A stretch of DNA of 64,000 nt from Pirellulales bacterium (GTDB lineage Bacteria; Planctomycetota; Planctomycetia; Pirellulales; UBA1268): NCBI GenBank assembly GCA_044236455.1, contig JBIIGJ010000004.1, positions 584 to 64,583 of the forward strand, read 5' to 3'. The notes beneath the pieces are model-generated. The model had not been told where the DNA came from. It worked only from the letters and a program-made list of their open reading frames with translations, and did not search any database. How positions within the stretch are numbered: the first letter of the stretch is position 1; every line of letters begins with the position of its first letter. The position numbers and the translations under genes were made by a program. Below are positions 62,401 through 64,000 of the stretch, piece by piece.

Positions 62401-62929
62401 TGTGGCCCTGGTAGAGAAGGCCGCGGTTGAAGAGTTCGGCCAGTGCCCACCAGACGCTTTCCACGAAGCTCTGGTGGTAGGTGACGTAGGCGTCGGAGAG
62501 ATCGATCCAGAAGCCGATCCGCTCCGTGAGCGTCTCCCACTCCTTCATGTACCGCCAGACCGACTCCTGGCAGCGGTGGATGAAGGGTTCGACGCCGTAG
62601 GCCTCGATCTCCGCCTTCGAGTGGATGCCCAGTTCCTTGCAAACCTCCACCTCGACGGGCAGGCCGTGCGTGTCCCAGCCCGCCTTCCGCTCGCAGTATT
62701 CGCCCCGCATCGTGCGGTAGCGCGGGTAGAGATCCTTGATCGTCCGCGTCAGGCAGTGGCCGGGATGGGGCATGCCGTTCGCGGTCGGCGGCCCTTCGAA
62801 GAAGACGAACCGCTTCGCGTTGCGCCGCTGCTCCAACGACTTCCGGTAGATGCCCCGGTCGCGCCAGAACTGGGAGATCGCTGCCTCGATGGAAGGAAAG
62901 TCGGGCTTGCCGCGGACGGGTTCGAACAT
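59483..62929 (-). CDS. ileS: isoleucine--tRNA ligase (type 2)
   Basis: [57 protein letters not shown]. Confidence 0.95.
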   Translation of the reverse strand: MFEPVRGKPDFPSIEAAISQFWRDRGIYRKSLEQRRNAKRFVFFEGPPTANGMPHPGHCLTRTIKDLYPRYRTMRGEYCERKAGWDTHGLPVEVEVCKELGIHSKAEIEAYGVEPFIHRCQESVWRYMKEWETLTERIGFWIDLSDAYVTYHQSFVESVWWALAELFNRGLLYQGHKIVWWWAQGGTALSSGEVGQGYREVADPSVYVAFPLLDDAGNATHRSLVAWTTTPWTLPSNQFAAVKADLDYVVLQEAPSGSDGTGASAAPEYIVAEPLAAALGEKMKKQFQVVDRFPGSTLVGRSYLPPFDTFRPAGPPQPVPLKAGGSQPAAWRVVAADFVTTDSGTGIVHIAPAFGEVDYTVLSSEQARFADGRGPTLINCVAPDGTFTDTFPMVSGRFVKECDRDITRDLRARNLLVHQEQYVHDYPFCWRADNDPLIQYPRQSWFIRTSQFREQMLANNARIDWLPEHIKDGRFGNFLETNVDWALSRERYWGTPLPIWKCETTGKAEAVPSYAALVAKPGVQGTDVFDKAKAANPKLSDDLRVHKPYIDAVTYVSPFAPGSRMRRVPEVIDCWFDSGAMPFAQWGWPHRGQEQFQSQFPADFISEAIDQTRGWFYSQLAISTLLFGDKEKAYPHPFRTCIVLGHMLGEDGQKMSKSKRNYREPAEIFDKYGADALRWFFLAGQPPWTSIRYSERSIRESVPEFLLRLWNVYSFFVIYARIDGFDPGGLLDAAGSLDHPDLAKARGYRPVADRGELDRWMLSELNATAAAMVERMDRYDHFGAAGELSALVDAVSNWFVRRSRDRFWAAGRADTGPEGNAAKLDAYWTLYETLLTIARLAAPFVPFVSEAIWRNLAVAPFGDTAPESVHLTDYPTGSEALIDRALVRRMAIVRDVSSLGRAARAAEKLKVRQPLSKVEVILAEGHDAADAAWLEAHADLVCDELNVKQFEICREPDRYITRAVLPDLKKLGPRLGKDLPKARDAITKTDAAALLAALHRDGRATIPLAGGGEAVIEKDDVMIRTTAKEGWAAAEGPRAVVVVASQLTPELVAEGLVREVVHAVQSQRKTLDLEFTDRIELAFDTASPELRAAIERHLDYVASETLASSATFGPLAGGTAESIDIDGHPLTMSIRRVAQAKPATGGVA

Positions 62930-62983
62930 CGATTGCCTGTGAAAGCGTTGACGGGTGGAGGGCGGATCGGGTGGGGGCGCGGC

Positions 62984-63808
62984 TTAGCCGGCCTCGCGAA
63001 CGGCCGCGGTGATGATCGCCCGGAGCTTCGGCTCGGCCGATCGCGCGACGGCGAGAATCTTCTCGACCGTGGCCACCTCCAGGTGATCCGGCAGGCACAT
63101 GTCGGTGATCACCGAGAGACCGAGCACCCGCAGGCCGGCGTGCACCGCCACGATCACCTCCGGCACGGTCGACATGCCGACCACGTCGGCGCCGATTCCC
63201 CGCAGGAAGCGGTATTCAGCGCGGGTTTCGAGATTCGGACCCGTCACGGCCACGTAGACGCCGCGGTGGGCCGCGAAGTTCTCTTTTCGTGCCACCTCCA
63301 GCGCGCGGTCGATGAGGACCGGCGTGTAGGGGGCCGACATGTCGGGAAAGCGGGGTCCGAGCCGCTCGTCGTTGATGCCGATGAGCGGGTTGTCGTTCAT
63401 GAGGTTGATGTGGTCATCGATCACCATGATGTCGCCTGTGCGAAACTGCGGGTTCAGACCCCCGCAGGCATTGGTGACGATGAGCAGCCCGGCCCCCAGC
63501 CGCTTGAGCACCCGCACGGGAAACGTGATCTGGGCCAGCGGATAGCCCTCGTAGGCATGCATCCGGCCTTCCATCACCACCACCGGCACGCCTGCCAGGA
63601 GGCCGCAGACGAGCTGGCCCGTGTGGCCGTGGGCCGTCGACTTCGCGAAGTGGGGGATCGATTCATAGGGAATCGTCACCGTGTCGGTGAGGGCGGCCGC
63701 CGCGGCGCCCAACCCGCTGCCGAGAATGAGGCCGACGGCCGGCTTGTGAGGCCACTGCGCCGAGATCGTTGCGCAGGCCTCCGTGATCTTGTCGAATTGG
63801 TCGAGCAT
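62984..63808 (-). CDS. punA: purine-nucleoside phosphorylase (trimeric type)
   Basis: ILGSGLG, GRMHAYEGY, TNACGG, GPNLET, VGMSTVPE. Confidence 0.92.
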   Translation of the reverse strand: MLDQFDKITEACATISAQWPHKPAVGLILGSGLGAAAAALTDTVTIPYESIPHFAKSTAHGHTGQLVCGLLAGVPVVVMEGRMHAYEGYPLAQITFPVRVLKRLGAGLLIVTNACGGLNPQFRTGDIMVIDDHINLMNDNPLIGINDERLGPRFPDMSAPYTPVLIDRALEVARKENFAAHRGVYVAVTGPNLETRAEYRFLRGIGADVVGMSTVPEVIVAVHAGLRVLGLSVITDMCLPDHLEVATVEKILAVARSAEPKLRAIITAAVREAG

Positions 63809-63855
63809 GCGTGCTCCGTTGGCCTGCGTGAAAAAACGACGTGAGAAGGAAAGCC

Positions 63856-64000
63856 CTATTCGTGCCCGAGCAGTTCCCGGAATTCGGGATGCTCGCGGAG
63901 CGAATCGAGGTCTGGATCGACCTCCAGATGGGCGAGGTCGTCGTACCCGAGCAGGATCGCCCGGGAGAGCGCGTCGATCGCCTCGTCAGGCCTCCCGGCA
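63856..64000 (-). CDS. C-terminus of a TPR-containing protein (partial)
   Basis: Manual translation: AGRPDEAIDALSRAILLGYDDLAHLEVDPDLDSLREHPEFRELLGHE*. Confidence 0.75.
   Translation of the reverse strand, partial: AGRPDEAIDALSRAILLGYDDLAHLEVDPDLDSLREHPEFRELLGHE

Overview
GC-rich chromosomal fragment, most likely from a planctomycete (Planctomycetia/Pirellulales-like). That assignment rests on the DUF1549/DUF1553 cytochrome + DUF1501 pair, DUF1570, the ECF/Ser-Thr kinase-WD40 pair and a VPEIDP sorting tail. There are about 50 genes, many of them housekeeping (thiL, tsaE, cinA, yggS, selO, greA, dnaG-rpoD, comM, purN, ileS, punA). I found no tRNA, rRNA, CRISPR array or intact transposase. The best candidate for an undescribed system is a compact four-gene type-VII-secretion-like operon (19328->13915, minus strand). 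It encodes three WXG100-fold-like helical proteins, two with W-x-D instead of W-x-G, and a 1388-aa membrane-anchored coiled-coil FtsK/EccC-like ATPase with one intact ATPase domain, with no other ESX membrane components, in a diderm host. Other notable items: (1) a murE-murB-ftsQ-like mini-cluster whose Mur enzymes appear to have lost catalytic residues; (2) an accessory cassette with a chimeric VPEIDP/PEP-CTERM surface protein, an apparently dead phosphodiesterase-TPR protein and a tandem GNAT, bounded by short palindromes and an AAA pseudogene; (3) a DeoR + encapsulation-peptide aldolase pair that looks like a microcompartment locus without shell genes; (4) an S46 peptidase-DUF1080 fusion; (5) several apparently leaderless promoters and candidate operators. 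All family calls come from motif recognition by eye; no searches were run.
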